DNA of 64,000 nt from positions 190,585-254,584 of the forward strand of contig JBAYLC010000001.1 of NCBI GenBank assembly GCA_041664245.1, read 5' to 3'. The stretch is from Minisyncoccota bacterium (GTDB lineage Bacteria > Patescibacteriota > Minisyncoccia > UBA6257 > 2-01-FULL-56-20). The position numbers and the translations under genes are program-made. Each line of letters starts with the position of its first letter. The first letter of the stretch is position 1. Below are positions 46,835 through 56,453 of the stretch, one piece after another. The notes under the pieces were generated by a model. That model was not told where the DNA came from. It saw only the letters and a program-made list of their open reading frames with translations, and did not search any database.

Positions 46835-46843
46835 AGGGCTTTA

Positions 46844-46882
46844 TTAGCAATCTCTTGACACCATTGCCAATAGCGCTATAAT
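46844..46882 (+). promoter_or_regulatory. hrcA promoter (TTGACA-N16-TATAAT) overlapped by degenerate CIRCE-like inverted repeat
   Basis: TTAGCAATC-N9-CATTGCCAA (46844-46870) vs CIRCE TTAGCACTC-N9-GAGTGCTAA; TTGACA 46855-46860; TATAAT 46877-46882; ATG 46894. Confidence 0.55.
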
Positions 46883-46893
46883 GGCAAAACTAA

Positions 46894-47607
46894 ATGAAAG
46901 AACGTTCTGAAAATATTTTAAATGCCACCGTGGAAGGGTTTATAAAAATTGGCGAACCGATTAGTTCCGGTTGGCTTTATCGTAATCATAACTTCGGAAT
47001 TAAACCAGCCATGATCCGCTTAGAACTTGATGATCTAACCGATGCTGGCTATCTAGACCAGCCCTACCACTCAGCCGGCCGGATTCCTTCTGACCGCGGT
47101 TATGAATTCTTTACCACCCGCATCTTGGGAGATGATTCAATAAAATTTTCGTCTCAGCCAAAATTTGAAAATCTGATGTTTCGTTCTGATTGGCCGGATT
47201 TTCTGGAACATTTTTCTGATCAACTAGGAATCCTCAGTGTTTTAGTCGATAATTCGGACCAAAAAATTTACAAAAACGGCCTCGATGTCCTTTTCGAAAA
47301 AATTAGTGGATATTCCCGAGAAAAAATTCAGGAAGTTATAAAAGATTTTGAAGAATTAGACTCGCGAGTTGAAATTTTTGATGATGCGCCAAGCCAGGAA
47401 GATATAAATATTTTCATTGGCACCAAGAGTCCGATTACTGAATGTCCAGAACTATCAGTTATTACCCAGCATTTTAACGACAATCATCAACACTTCACCC
47501 TAATGGCCATCGGGCCAAAACGGATGGATTATAAAAAAATCGTCGGAGCTTTTAAAGGTCTAAAAAACAACAAAACTAAAATAAAACCAAAAAATGGAGG
47601 AAAATAA
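46894..47607 (+). CDS. hrcA: Heat-inducible transcription repressor HrcA (short form)
   Basis: wHTH with HSAGRIPSDRGYEFF (cf HTSAGRVPT..GYR); first gene of grpE-dnaK-dnaJ operon; 237 aa. Confidence 0.8.
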   Translation: MKERSENILNATVEGFIKIGEPISSGWLYRNHNFGIKPAMIRLELDDLTDAGYLDQPYHSAGRIPSDRGYEFFTTRILGDDSIKFSSQPKFENLMFRSDWPDFLEHFSDQLGILSVLVDNSDQKIYKNGLDVLFEKISGYSREKIQEVIKDFEELDSRVEIFDDAPSQEDINIFIGTKSPITECPELSVITQHFNDNHQHFTLMAIGPKRMDYKKIVGAFKGLKNNKTKIKPKNGGK

Positions 47608-48127
47608 TAATCAAAATCCGATTGAAGAAAAAATTACTGGTGAGTTGGAAGAAGTGGACGAAGTAAGAGATGAAAAAGAGAAACTAGAAAAGTGTGAAGT
47701 CGAAAAAGGTGAATATCTCGCTGGTTGGCAACGCGCCAAAGCAGATTTCATCAATTACAAAAAAGATGAGATAAAACGGCTCGAAGAATTCGCCAAATAT
47801 AGCAACGAGGAGTTAATCCGAGAGCTAATTGGAATTATGGACAACTTCGACATTGGCCTAGCGGCGTTGGAAAAATCCGGTCCGGTTGAAAAAGGGATTT
47901 ATATGATAAGAAACCAAATTGATGACATTTTAAAGAAGCGGGGTTTGGAAAAAATATCTGTAAAACCCGGCGAAGATTTTAATCCAGGTTTAGCCGAAGC
48001 AATGAGCGAGGTGGAATCAAAATATCCGCCCGGCGCCGTCGCCGAAGAGATTGAGCCCGGTTACAAAATTTATGAAAAATTAATCCGTCCCGCCCGCGTA
48101 AAATTATCAAAAGGTCAAAAAGCATAA
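47594..48127 (+). CDS. grpE: Nucleotide exchange factor GrpE
   Basis: Coiled-coil N-term and GrpE C-terminal domain; operon context. Confidence 0.9.
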   Translation: MEENNNQNPIEEKITGELEEVDEVRDEKEKLEKCEVEKGEYLAGWQRAKADFINYKKDEIKRLEEFAKYSNEELIRELIGIMDNFDIGLAALEKSGPVEKGIYMIRNQIDDILKKRGLEKISVKPGEDFNPGLAEAMSEVESKYPPGAVAEEIEPGYKIYEKLIRPARVKLSKGQKA

Positions 48128-48152
48128 ATAAAAATTAAAATAAAAAAATAAA

Positions 48153-50057
48153 ATGAGTAAAATAATTGGAATCGATTTAGGAACAACTAACTCCGCGGTT
48201 GCGGCCGTAAAAGGCGGCGAGCCGGAAATATTAGAAAACAGCGAAGGTAATCGTACTACTCCTTCGGTTGTTGCGGTTAACAAAAGCAACGAACGTTTAG
48301 TTGGAGTTTTAGCCAAAAGGCAAGCCATAACTAACCCAAAAAATACAATCTTTTCCGTTAAGCGCCTTATCGGTAGGAAATTCAGCGACCCAGAAATTCA
48401 AAAAGACAAAGCTTGGTTATCCTACGACACCAGAGCTTCCCAAAGCGGAGCAATTGAAGTTAAGATGGGAGAACGTTGGTACACTCCCGAGGAAATTTCC
48501 GCCGCGGTTTTAGGAAAACTAAAAGCCGATGCCGAAGCTCGCCTTGGCGAAAAAGTTGAAGAGGCGGTTATAACCGTCCCGGCTTATTTTGATGATGCGG
48601 AGCGGCAAGCTACAAAAAATGCCGGTGAAATTGCTGGTCTTAAAGTATTGCGGATTATCAACGAACCGACTGCCGCCGCTTTGGCCTACGGTGTTAATAA
48701 AAAGAAAAACGAAAAAGTTGTTGTCTACGATTTTGGCGGTGGCACTTTTGATATCTCGGTTCTTGAAATTGGCGATGATACCGTCGAGGTGAAAGCCACT
48801 GGCGGCGACACTCACTTGGGCGGTGATGATTTTGATAAAAAAATTAATGAGTATCTCGTTCAAGAATACAAGAAGCAAGAAGGGGTAGATATCTCCAAAG
48901 ATCCGCTTGCTCTTCAGCGCCTTAAAGAAGCCGCCGAAAGAGCGAAGCATGAACTTTCCACCGCCGCTGAAACCGAAATTAATTTGCCCTACGTAACATC
49001 AGACGCATCTGGTCCAAAACATTTCTTAATTAAATTAACCCGCGCCAAACTCGAAGAACTAGTAAGGGAATATATTGACCACTCTGTCGAATTAACCCGG
49101 CAGACAGTTACTTCGCCATCGCCCAAAGGTGCTGGCTATGCTCTTTCTGATATCAACGAAATAATTTTGGTTGGCGGTCAGACTCGAATGCCGGCTATTA
49201 GCGAAGCCGTTAAAAAGCTTTTCGGCAAAGAGCCAAACAAAGGAATTAATCCGGATGAAGTTGTGGCCGTCGGTGCCGCTATTCAGGCTGGCATTCTTCA
49301 GGGTGACGTAAAGGATATTCTGCTTCTTGATGTCACGCCGCTCACGCTCAGCATCGAAACTTTTGGCGCGGTGGCGACGCCGATGATTGAAAAAAACACC
49401 ACCGTCCCTACTGCTAAAACTCAGGTATTCTCCACCGCCGCCGACAATCAAACTTCGGTTGAAGTTCATATCCTTCAAGGCGAACGGCCAATGGCTGCTG
49501 ATAATAAAACCCTAGCTCGATTTATTCTTGATGGCATTCCGCCATCTCCAAGAGGTATGCCTCAAATTGAAGTTACTTTCGATATCGATGCCAACGGTAT
49601 TCTTAGCGTTTCCGCTAAAGATAAAGCTAGTGGCAAATCACAGTCCGTAAAAATCGAAGCCTCAACCAATCTATCTAAAGACGAGGTTGAAAAATTAAAA
49701 AAAGAAGCGGAAATGCATGCCTCCGAAGACGCCAAAAAGAGGGAAGTCATTGAAGCTCGCAATCAAGCGGAAAGTTTGATCTATTTGTCTGAAAAATCAC
49801 TTCGCGACGCCGGCGATAAAATTACTCCGGATATCAAAACCGGTGTCACTGAAAAAATTGAATCCCTCAAAAAGGTAAAAGACGGAGAAGATTTAGAAGT
49901 AATTAAATCCGCTTCGGCTGATTTATCCGCCGAGATTCAAAAAATTGGGCAAACAATGTATAATCAAAACCAAGGCGGTCCCGGCCAGAATCCAAGTGGT
50001 GAACAAACTCCAAACGAAAACGAAACTCCTCCTAATCCTGAGCCGCCGCAAAGTTAA
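48153..50057 (+). CDS. dnaK: Chaperone DnaK (Hsp70)
   Basis: [21 protein letters not shown], substrate-binding domain; 634 aa. Confidence 0.97.
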   Translation: MSKIIGIDLGTTNSAVAAVKGGEPEILENSEGNRTTPSVVAVNKSNERLVGVLAKRQAITNPKNTIFSVKRLIGRKFSDPEIQKDKAWLSYDTRASQSGAIEVKMGERWYTPEEISAAVLGKLKADAEARLGEKVEEAVITVPAYFDDAERQATKNAGEIAGLKVLRIINEPTAAALAYGVNKKKNEKVVVYDFGGGTFDISVLEIGDDTVEVKATGGDTHLGGDDFDKKINEYLVQEYKKQEGVDISKDPLALQRLKEAAERAKHELSTAAETEINLPYVTSDASGPKHFLIKLTRAKLEELVREYIDHSVELTRQTVTSPSPKGAGYALSDINEIILVGGQTRMPAISEAVKKLFGKEPNKGINPDEVVAVGAAIQAGILQGDVKDILLLDVTPLTLSIETFGAVATPMIEKNTTVPTAKTQVFSTAADNQTSVEVHILQGERPMAADNKTLARFILDGIPPSPRGMPQIEVTFDIDANGILSVSAKDKASGKSQSVKIEASTNLSKDEVEKLKKEAEMHASEDAKKREVIEARNQAESLIYLSEKSLRDAGDKITPDIKTGVTEKIESLKKVKDGEDLEVIKSASADLSAEIQKIGQTMYNQNQGGPGQNPSGEQTPNENETPPNPEPPQS

Positions 50058-51100
50058 TGCCCGAAGATTTAAACGCTCAAAATTTTGTTCGACAATCGGG
50101 ATCGGTTGATTTAAAGCCTCAAAAACCGCAAGAATTTTTCAAAGCTTTGGCGCTGGAAATTTTAGCTTTTACTTCTGCTGTTGCTTTTAGTTTTATTTTT
50201 TGGCTCTATACTCTTGGTCAAACCAGCTTCGTACTTGCAGCTGCTGTTTTCCTTATTTTTGCGATCTTATCCACTCTTGAATTATTTTTAGTCAAAAATC
50301 TACTCCGGCGTTTTTTGGTCATTATTCTAGAGTCATTAGGGCTTCTTTCCGCCTTTATTATTAATAGTCGCCCTCTTACTGATTTATTGATTGTTTTTTT
50401 AGTTTTAACGATTTTTCATCTCTTCGGAGAACTAACTGGCCGCCACGAAGAAAAAAGCTACATCGAACAGCGGTTTTTTAAAGTGTCTCGAGTGAAACTT
50501 AGCAAGTTAGCGACCGCCATTACTTTTTTCGTGGTACTGCTATATCTTCCCAGCCTCAATTATCAAAATATCAAGTTAGAAGAAATTATAATCACGCCCA
50601 AAAATTTTAAAGTGGTCTACAACTGGGCCTCCGGTTTTTTCAAAAACATGGCGCCAGATTTAAATCTGAACCTAGACAGTAATGTTACCGATCTTGCCAA
50701 AAGTTTAGCTAAATCAAAACTTCAAAATATTCCGGCCTACAAGGATTTGAATCCTGCTGATCAGCAAAACGCCCTTGATAAAGCCGCCGGTGAAATCATC
50801 AAAAATTTTAGCGATAATTTTAAAACAACCATTGAGACCGACAAGCCGAGTAGCGATTTTTTCTATAACTTTTTAATCCAAAATCTTTACAACTGGAAGG
50901 CCAGTTTAGAAAAGAATGGTTTGGGCAATTGGTTTCTAGTTGGTTGGTTAGTGCTTTTTTTCTTAATCATTCGCAGCATTGGCGCAATTTTTTCTTTTCT
51001 CGCTGCCGGGTTAACCTTTATCATCATTCAGCTTTTGTTGGTTATCGGATTCATAAAAATTAAGACCGAATCCAAAACTAAAGAATCACTTACTCTTTGA
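50057..51100 (+). CDS. Polytopic membrane protein inserted between dnaK and dnaJ (hypothetical)
   Basis: Start overlaps dnaK stop (TAATG); 7+ TM helices; no recognised domain. Confidence 0.6.
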   Translation: MPEDLNAQNFVRQSGSVDLKPQKPQEFFKALALEILAFTSAVAFSFIFWLYTLGQTSFVLAAAVFLIFAILSTLELFLVKNLLRRFLVIILESLGLLSAFIINSRPLTDLLIVFLVLTIFHLFGELTGRHEEKSYIEQRFFKVSRVKLSKLATAITFFVVLLYLPSLNYQNIKLEEIIITPKNFKVVYNWASGFFKNMAPDLNLNLDSNVTDLAKSLAKSKLQNIPAYKDLNPADQQNALDKAAGEIIKNFSDNFKTTIETDKPSSDFFYNFLIQNLYNWKASLEKNGLGNWFLVGWLVLFFLIIRSIGAIFSFLAAGLTFIIIQLLLVIGFIKIKTESKTKESLTL

Positions 51101-51144
51101 CAGGTTAGTTCTAATTAAGAAAGAGTAAAATTTCTCAGAAAAGA

Positions 51145-51174
51145 TTGACTTGTCATAGCAATAATTTGTAAACT
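51145..51174 (+). promoter_or_regulatory. Candidate sigma70 promoter TTGACT-N18-TAAACT for dnaJ
   Basis: TTGACT 51145-51150, TAAACT 51169-51174, ATG 51185. Confidence 0.4.
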
Positions 51175-51184
51175 AAAAACTAAA

Positions 51185-52282
51185 ATGAAAGATTATTATC
51201 AAATACTTGGTGTTTCAAAAAACGCCACAGATGAAGAAATAAAAAAGGCGTTTCGCAAATTAGCCCACCAGCATCATCCCGACAAAAAGACCGGAGACGC
51301 GAATAAATTTAAGGAAATCAACGAAGCCTATCAGGTTCTTTCCGATAGAAATAAGCGCTTTCAATATGATCGTTTCGGAACGGCAGAGCCGTTTGCTGGT
51401 TTTCCGGGCGGTGGCCAAGCCGGACCGAATACTAATTGGGGTGGGTTTCCAGGTTTTGAGGGACAATTCAACGGCGACTTTGGTGATTTAAACGACATCT
51501 TTGATAGCTTCTTCGAGGGCCTCGGCGTTAAACCAAAAAGGCGAACCTATCAACGTGGCTCTGATTTGGAAACGATTCTGGAAATAACTCTTGAGGAAGC
51601 TTATCACGGAGTTTTAAAAAATATCGAGGTCAAAACCTATATCAAATGCCAAGATTGCAAAGGAAAGGGAGCTGATGAATCCGCCGGTTCCACGACTTGC
51701 TCAATTTGCAGCGGTCGAGGCGAGATAAAAGAACAAAGCCGAACTTTTTTTGGCAGCTTCTATCAAGTTAAACCTTGCACACACTGCCGTGGCGTTGGCC
51801 AAATTCCCAACAAAATTTGCGCTTCTTGCCACGGTACTGGCCGAAAACAATCTGAAAGAAAAATTTCGGTTGAAATTTTGCCTGGTGTCAACAACGATCA
51901 AATAATCAAAATGACCGGCGCCGGAGAAGCCGGGGAACGGGGAGCGACGGAAGGGGATTTGTATATCAGAATTAGGGTAAAATCCCACTCGATTTTTATG
52001 CGGCAGGGAAATGACCTGATTATTAAAAAAGATTTAAATGTTATTGATTTACTTTTAGGCAAAAAAATTGAAGTTCCCACTATTTCGGGCGGAAAAATCA
52101 CTGTGGAAATTCCTGCTCAGTTTAATCTAAAAGAGGATCTGCGCGTCCGAGGCGAAGGAATGCCTCGCTTTGGTAGTTTTGGCCGCGGTGATTTGATGAT
52201 AAATTTTTCACTTAAAGCGCCAAAAAAACTTGATTCAAAAACCAAAAAAACTCTTGAGGATATTCTAGGCAATGAAGCTTAG
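51185..52282 (+). CDS. dnaJ: Chaperone DnaJ
   Basis: J-domain HPD, G/F-rich region, four CxxCxGxG zinc repeats. Confidence 0.95.
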   Translation: MKDYYQILGVSKNATDEEIKKAFRKLAHQHHPDKKTGDANKFKEINEAYQVLSDRNKRFQYDRFGTAEPFAGFPGGGQAGPNTNWGGFPGFEGQFNGDFGDLNDIFDSFFEGLGVKPKRRTYQRGSDLETILEITLEEAYHGVLKNIEVKTYIKCQDCKGKGADESAGSTTCSICSGRGEIKEQSRTFFGSFYQVKPCTHCRGVGQIPNKICASCHGTGRKQSERKISVEILPGVNNDQIIKMTGAGEAGERGATEGDLYIRIRVKSHSIFMRQGNDLIIKKDLNVIDLLLGKKIEVPTISGGKITVEIPAQFNLKEDLRVRGEGMPRFGSFGRGDLMINFSLKAPKKLDSKTKKTLEDILGNEA

Positions 52283-52349
52283 GCGTTAATAAATAATAAT
52301 CTTGATAGATATATAGTACTGCACTGAGCGAGGGAAGCGAGCCGAAATG

Positions 52350-52423
52350 TGCGCCCACTAGGATTTGAACCTAGGACCATCTCCTTAAAAGGGAGCTGCT
52401 CTACCAGACTGAGCTATGGGCGC
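52350..52423 (-). tRNA. tRNA-Lys (anticodon UUU)
   Basis: Cloverleaf: acceptor GCGCCCA/TGGGCGC, D-arm GCTC-AGTCTGGTA-GAGC, anticodon loop CTTTTAA, T-arm CTAGG-TTCAAAT-CCTAG; no encoded CCA. Confidence 0.9.
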
Positions 52424-52470
52424 ATTCCAAAAATACTACAAGATTATCTTTGTTTTTTCAAACAATATAA

Positions 52471-52504
52471 AAAAACAGCTCACCACTCAGCCGAGCTGTT
52501 TTTT
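52471..52504. terminator. Bidirectional intrinsic terminator
   Basis: AACAGCTC-loop-GAGCTGTT flanked by A7 and T6. Confidence 0.7.
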
Positions 52505-52526
52505 GCATTAGACATCGTCGCTAACA

Positions 52527-52694
52527 TCAGTCGCCACTCAGCCATCTACTAAACCAACTTCGCCCGCCGAGAGCCAGAAAAAGTAAGAACGATACAACGG
52601 CAACGGCGATAATCAGGATTGCAATGGGCGGCAGTGGCGTAGGAACATGAGGAATCACAACAAATAATAAGATAATCAGTACTATAGCTGGCAT
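52527..52694 (-). CDS. Small membrane protein (55 aa, hypothetical)
   Basis: AGGAG SD 5 nt before ATG; MPAIVLIILLFVVIPHVPTPLPPIAILIIAVAVVSFLLFLALGGRSWFSRWLSGD; unlisted, preferred over ORF-track frame 52549..52740. Confidence 0.4.
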   Translation of the reverse strand: MPAIVLIILLFVVIPHVPTPLPPIAILIIAVAVVSFLLFLALGGRSWFSRWLSGD

Positions 52695-52847
52695 ATAAAC
52701 TCCTAGCTGTTGAAAAAAGTAACTCCAAAAACAATAGCAAAATTTCCGAAAAAGATAAATTATCCTAATTTCGCCTTCCGCCAGCCCATCCCCAGTTTTG
52801 CCGTTGTCGCTTTGCCGCCGCGGATGTAAAATTAGAGAGACAAATTA

Positions 52848-53888
52848 ATGAACGGACGCGTCAAAGTTGAGAAGCTAGGCATCATTCTGGCTCCGACAGA
52901 AAATTCATTTGAGAATCGTTCAGTTTTAAACCCTGGCTGTTATCAAGAGGGTGAATTTGTTCACCTTTTTTATCGTGCGATCGATAAAAAAATGAATTCA
53001 TCAATCGGTTACGCAAAATTAAAAGGGCCGACGGAAGTCGTTGAGCGCTGGGACCATCCGATTATCGAACGAAAATATAATTATGAAAAAAAGGGTTGTG
53101 AAGATCCAAGAATCGTTAAGCTTGGTAGCACATTCTACCTCACCTATGTCGCTCACGACGGGAAAAACGCCGTCTCTTGCTACGCCACTAGCCGGGATCT
53201 AAAAAAATTCGAGAAAAAAGGGATTATCACTCCAAAGATGAGCTATGACGCTATTGGTAGGATTTTCCGGCAGGAACAGCTTAAAGATCGTTACTTCATG
53301 TTTGAGTCATACTACGAAGAATATGGCGGCAAAAACGTTCTGCTCTGGGAAAAAGATGTTTTTATTTTTCCGAAAAAAATAAAAAATAAATTTGCGCTTA
53401 TCCACCGAATTTTGCCTGATATCCAAATTGTCTATTTTGACAGCTTTAGCCAACTCCAAAATAAAAATTTCTGGAAAAATTATTTAAAAAATCTTCCGAA
53501 GTACGTCGTTTTAGAAAACAAATATTGGTTTGAGTCTCGCAACATCGGTGGGGGAGCGCCGCCAATCGAAACCAAAGATGGCTGGCTTTTAATTTATCAC
53601 GCTGTTGAAGAACTAAATAAATCTAGAATCTATCATGCTGCCGCTGCCCTGCTTGATAAAAAAGATCCTCAAAAAGAAATTGCTAGATTAAATTATCCAC
53701 TTTTTTCACCAGATTTAGATTGGGAAAAGCACGGCTTTGTTCAGGATGTAGTTTTTCCGACCGGTACCGCGATTTTCGGCGAAGATTTGTATATCTACTA
53801 CGGCTCAGCGGATAAATTTATCGCCGTTGCCAAAGTTAATCTTCATCAACTCCTGAAAGATCTCAGAGCCTCTCGTATAAAAAACTAA
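52848..53888 (+). CDS. GH130-family glycoside phosphorylase/hydrolase (beta-mannoside phosphorylase-like, DUF377)
   Basis: 5-bladed propeller motifs: NPG, GCEDPRIVKLGSTFYLTYVAHDG; 346 aa. Confidence 0.6.
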   Translation: MNGRVKVEKLGIILAPTENSFENRSVLNPGCYQEGEFVHLFYRAIDKKMNSSIGYAKLKGPTEVVERWDHPIIERKYNYEKKGCEDPRIVKLGSTFYLTYVAHDGKNAVSCYATSRDLKKFEKKGIITPKMSYDAIGRIFRQEQLKDRYFMFESYYEEYGGKNVLLWEKDVFIFPKKIKNKFALIHRILPDIQIVYFDSFSQLQNKNFWKNYLKNLPKYVVLENKYWFESRNIGGGAPPIETKDGWLLIYHAVEELNKSRIYHAAAALLDKKDPQKEIARLNYPLFSPDLDWEKHGFVQDVVFPTGTAIFGEDLYIYYGSADKFIAVAKVNLHQLLKDLRASRIKN

Positions 53889-53889
53889 A

Positions 53890-56106
53890 ATGACTCTTAA
53901 GATTCCCGCATCAAAATCAAATTACGTCCTCCACCTTAGTTCCTATCCTCCTCGGGAGTGCGGCATTGCCACCTTCACTCAAGATTTAACTCTTGCTATA
54001 GATAATAAATTTAACCCCGCCATCAAATCAAGAATTATTGCCCTGAATGATCAGTCCACCAGCATTTATAACTACAACAATAGAGTTTTTGGAGAAATAA
54101 CCGCCACCGAAATCGAAAATTATGTTAATCTCGCTAGGGAAATCAATACTCGTTCGGACGTAAAAATTGTTAATATTCAGCACGAATTCGGTCTTTTTGG
54201 CGGCAGCTGGGGCGATTATTTGATTCCATTCCTTCAAGTCATTGAGAAACCCGTAGTTGTTACCTTCCACTCCGTTCTTTCTGGCCCCGAGGAGGAGCTT
54301 CGTAATATTGTCCGTTCCATCGCTGAAAAATCTGCCGCCCTCGTGGTCATGAATAAACTATCAGAAACGATATTGCTCAAGGAATACGGCATTCCTAAGG
54401 AAAAAGTCGTTATGATTCCCCACGGTATCCCGCAGGCTTCGTTTGAACCAAGTGATAAATTTAAATTGGAGCATGGTTTTGAGGGAAAAATTGTTCTTTC
54501 AACCTTTGGTCTTCTAAGTCCCAATAAAGGCATTCAATATGCCATTCGCGCTCTGCCAGAAGTAGTAAAAAAATATCCGAATGTTATCTATCTGGTTTTA
54601 GGCGCCACCCATCCGAACATTCGAAAAGAAAAAGGCGAGATTTACCGTAACGCTCTTAACGTTGAAGTTGAAAAACTAGGATTGAAAGATCACGTTAAGT
54701 TTTACAATAAATACCTAACTATTGAAGAAATTATCAGCTACCTGAAAGCAACTGATATTTATATTTCTCCGACCGTTGATCCCGATCAATCAGTGAGCGG
54801 CACGCTTTCTTATGCCATGGGTTGCGGCCGGCCGATTGTAAGCACTGCCACCGCATATGCCAAGTATTTAGTTACCGCAAAAAATGGAATTCTAGTGAAT
54901 TTTCGAAGCGCCAATTCAATTTCCGACGCCATTCTGAAGCTCTTGGATGATCCCAAAAAAATGAAATCATTAAGCAGTGAAGCCTACGAAGTTACTCGCC
55001 CAATGACCTGGCCAAACGTTGCCACCTCTTATTTCAAACTCTACGAAAATTTGGTTGATCTAGAAAGAGAAGAAAGAAAACTTCCAGAAATTAATCTTTC
55101 CCATCTTACGAGAATGACCGATAACTTTGGAATTTTTCATTTTGCTAAATATAGCAAACCAGAAAAACGTTATGGTTATAGTTTGGACGACAACGCTCGC
55201 GCTCTCGTCGTTTGCGCTAAATATTTTAAACTGAATCCCAAACCCGAAATAGAAAATCTGTTAAATATATTTTTGAAATTCATTAAATTTACCCAGCGGC
55301 CAAGCGGTACTTTTGCTAATATTGTCTCCTATCAAAAACAGAAAGACGCTACCACCGACGAGGACGTGCAGGGGAGAGCCATCTGGGCGCTCGGTTATGC
55401 CGCTTCGCAAACTTTATTGCCGGAAAAAGTAAGGTTGGAAGCGGAACGAATGCTCAAAAAAGCCCTGCCCCATGCCTTAAAAATTATTTCCCCCCGTGCT
55501 GTTGCCTTCACTCTCTCCGGCTTGTATTTCTACCTGAAACAAAATCCCGACAAGAAATTAACCGGCGAATTTATAAAATTAGCCGATCATCAGCTTAATC
55601 ATTACAAAAACGTTGCTTCGGAGGATTGGCATTGGTTTGAGGATCAGCTGACTTATTCAAATAGCAAACTGCCAGAATCTCTAATCTATGCTTACGATCT
55701 CATCGGCGATAAAAAATACCTAGAAGTCGCCAAAAAAACTGTGAACTTCCTTGATCAAATCACTTTTGAAAAAGATTATTATTCACCGATTGGCCAGAAC
55801 GGCTGGTACTTCCGCCAGAAAAAACGCTCCTATTTTGACCAGCAACCCGAAGACACTGCTTCTACGGTTGAAACAAAAGTCACTGCTTATAAAGTCACCA
55901 AAGATAAAAAACACCTGAAAGACGCCTACACGGCCTTCCAATGGTTCCTCGGGAAAAACCACCTTGGCCAGATGGTCTACGATGAAGTTACCGGCGGTTG
56001 CTGCGACGGCGTAGGCCAATACGCGATCAACCTCAACCAAGGCGCCGAATCAACTATTTCTTACTTAATGGCTCGCCTCGCGATTGAAGAGATTAAGGAA
56101 AATTAA
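53890..56106 (+). CDS. GT4 glycosyltransferase fused to C-terminal (alpha/alpha)6-barrel glycoside-hydrolase-like domain
   Basis: N-terminal GT-B fold about 400 aa; C-terminal about 330 aa with GYSLDDNARAL, QGRAIWALGYAAS, GGCCDGVGQY toroid-like motifs. Confidence 0.7.
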   Translation: MTLKIPASKSNYVLHLSSYPPRECGIATFTQDLTLAIDNKFNPAIKSRIIALNDQSTSIYNYNNRVFGEITATEIENYVNLAREINTRSDVKIVNIQHEFGLFGGSWGDYLIPFLQVIEKPVVVTFHSVLSGPEEELRNIVRSIAEKSAALVVMNKLSETILLKEYGIPKEKVVMIPHGIPQASFEPSDKFKLEHGFEGKIVLSTFGLLSPNKGIQYAIRALPEVVKKYPNVIYLVLGATHPNIRKEKGEIYRNALNVEVEKLGLKDHVKFYNKYLTIEEIISYLKATDIYISPTVDPDQSVSGTLSYAMGCGRPIVSTATAYAKYLVTAKNGILVNFRSANSISDAILKLLDDPKKMKSLSSEAYEVTRPMTWPNVATSYFKLYENLVDLEREERKLPEINLSHLTRMTDNFGIFHFAKYSKPEKRYGYSLDDNARALVVCAKYFKLNPKPEIENLLNIFLKFIKFTQRPSGTFANIVSYQKQKDATTDEDVQGRAIWALGYAASQTLLPEKVRLEAERMLKKALPHALKIISPRAVAFTLSGLYFYLKQNPDKKLTGEFIKLADHQLNHYKNVASEDWHWFEDQLTYSNSKLPESLIYAYDLIGDKKYLEVAKKTVNFLDQITFEKDYYSPIGQNGWYFRQKKRSYFDQQPEDTASTVETKVTAYKVTKDKKHLKDAYTAFQWFLGKNHLGQMVYDEVTGGCCDGVGQYAINLNQGAESTISYLMARLAIEEIKEN

Positions 56107-56450
56107 TGAAAAGTTTCTTAAAGCCGAAACTTGAAAAAATACTACTAACGTTTTTTTGTTTTCTTATACTGTCGGTTTTTTCTGGAATTGATCCAACTTT
56201 TGAATCCGGATTTATCAACCAAAATAACAAAACATTTCAAAGAATACCAGAGCCTACCGGTTGTGAGTTGTTTCGATATCAACTTGTTGGATTTTCATTG
56301 CCCGTTAATAAAATGCAATGTGGTCCAAATATAAGCACTTCATATAATTTTGCGATCTTTTTACTAATTATTTTTTATTTAATTACCTGCACGATAAATT
56401 TCATTTCAGATAAGATAAAAATTAGAAAGAAAAAATTTAAAAAAGAATAA
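56106..56450 (+). CDS. Small membrane protein (hypothetical)
   Basis: Start overlaps upstream stop (TAATG); two TM helices. Confidence 0.45.
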   Translation: MKSFLKPKLEKILLTFFCFLILSVFSGIDPTFESGFINQNNKTFQRIPEPTGCELFRYQLVGFSLPVNKMQCGPNISTSYNFAIFLLIIFYLITCTINFISDKIKIRKKKFKKE

Positions 56451-56453
56451 ATA

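Noticed and set aside
46440-46835. RNase P RNA hypothesis for the GC-rich 400-nt element
   Set aside because: A GGAAAGACCG word resembles the P4 5' strand, but no complementary P4 3' strand (CCGGnUU-like) or ACAGAA/GGUAAGAGCGCACC conserved regions are present on either strand.
52349-52552. ORF-track CDS (67 aa, + strand) MRPLGFEPRTISLKGSCSTRLSYG...
   Set aside because: It is the antisense read-through of a canonical tRNA-Lys(UUU) cloverleaf on the minus strand (52350..52423); not a protein gene.
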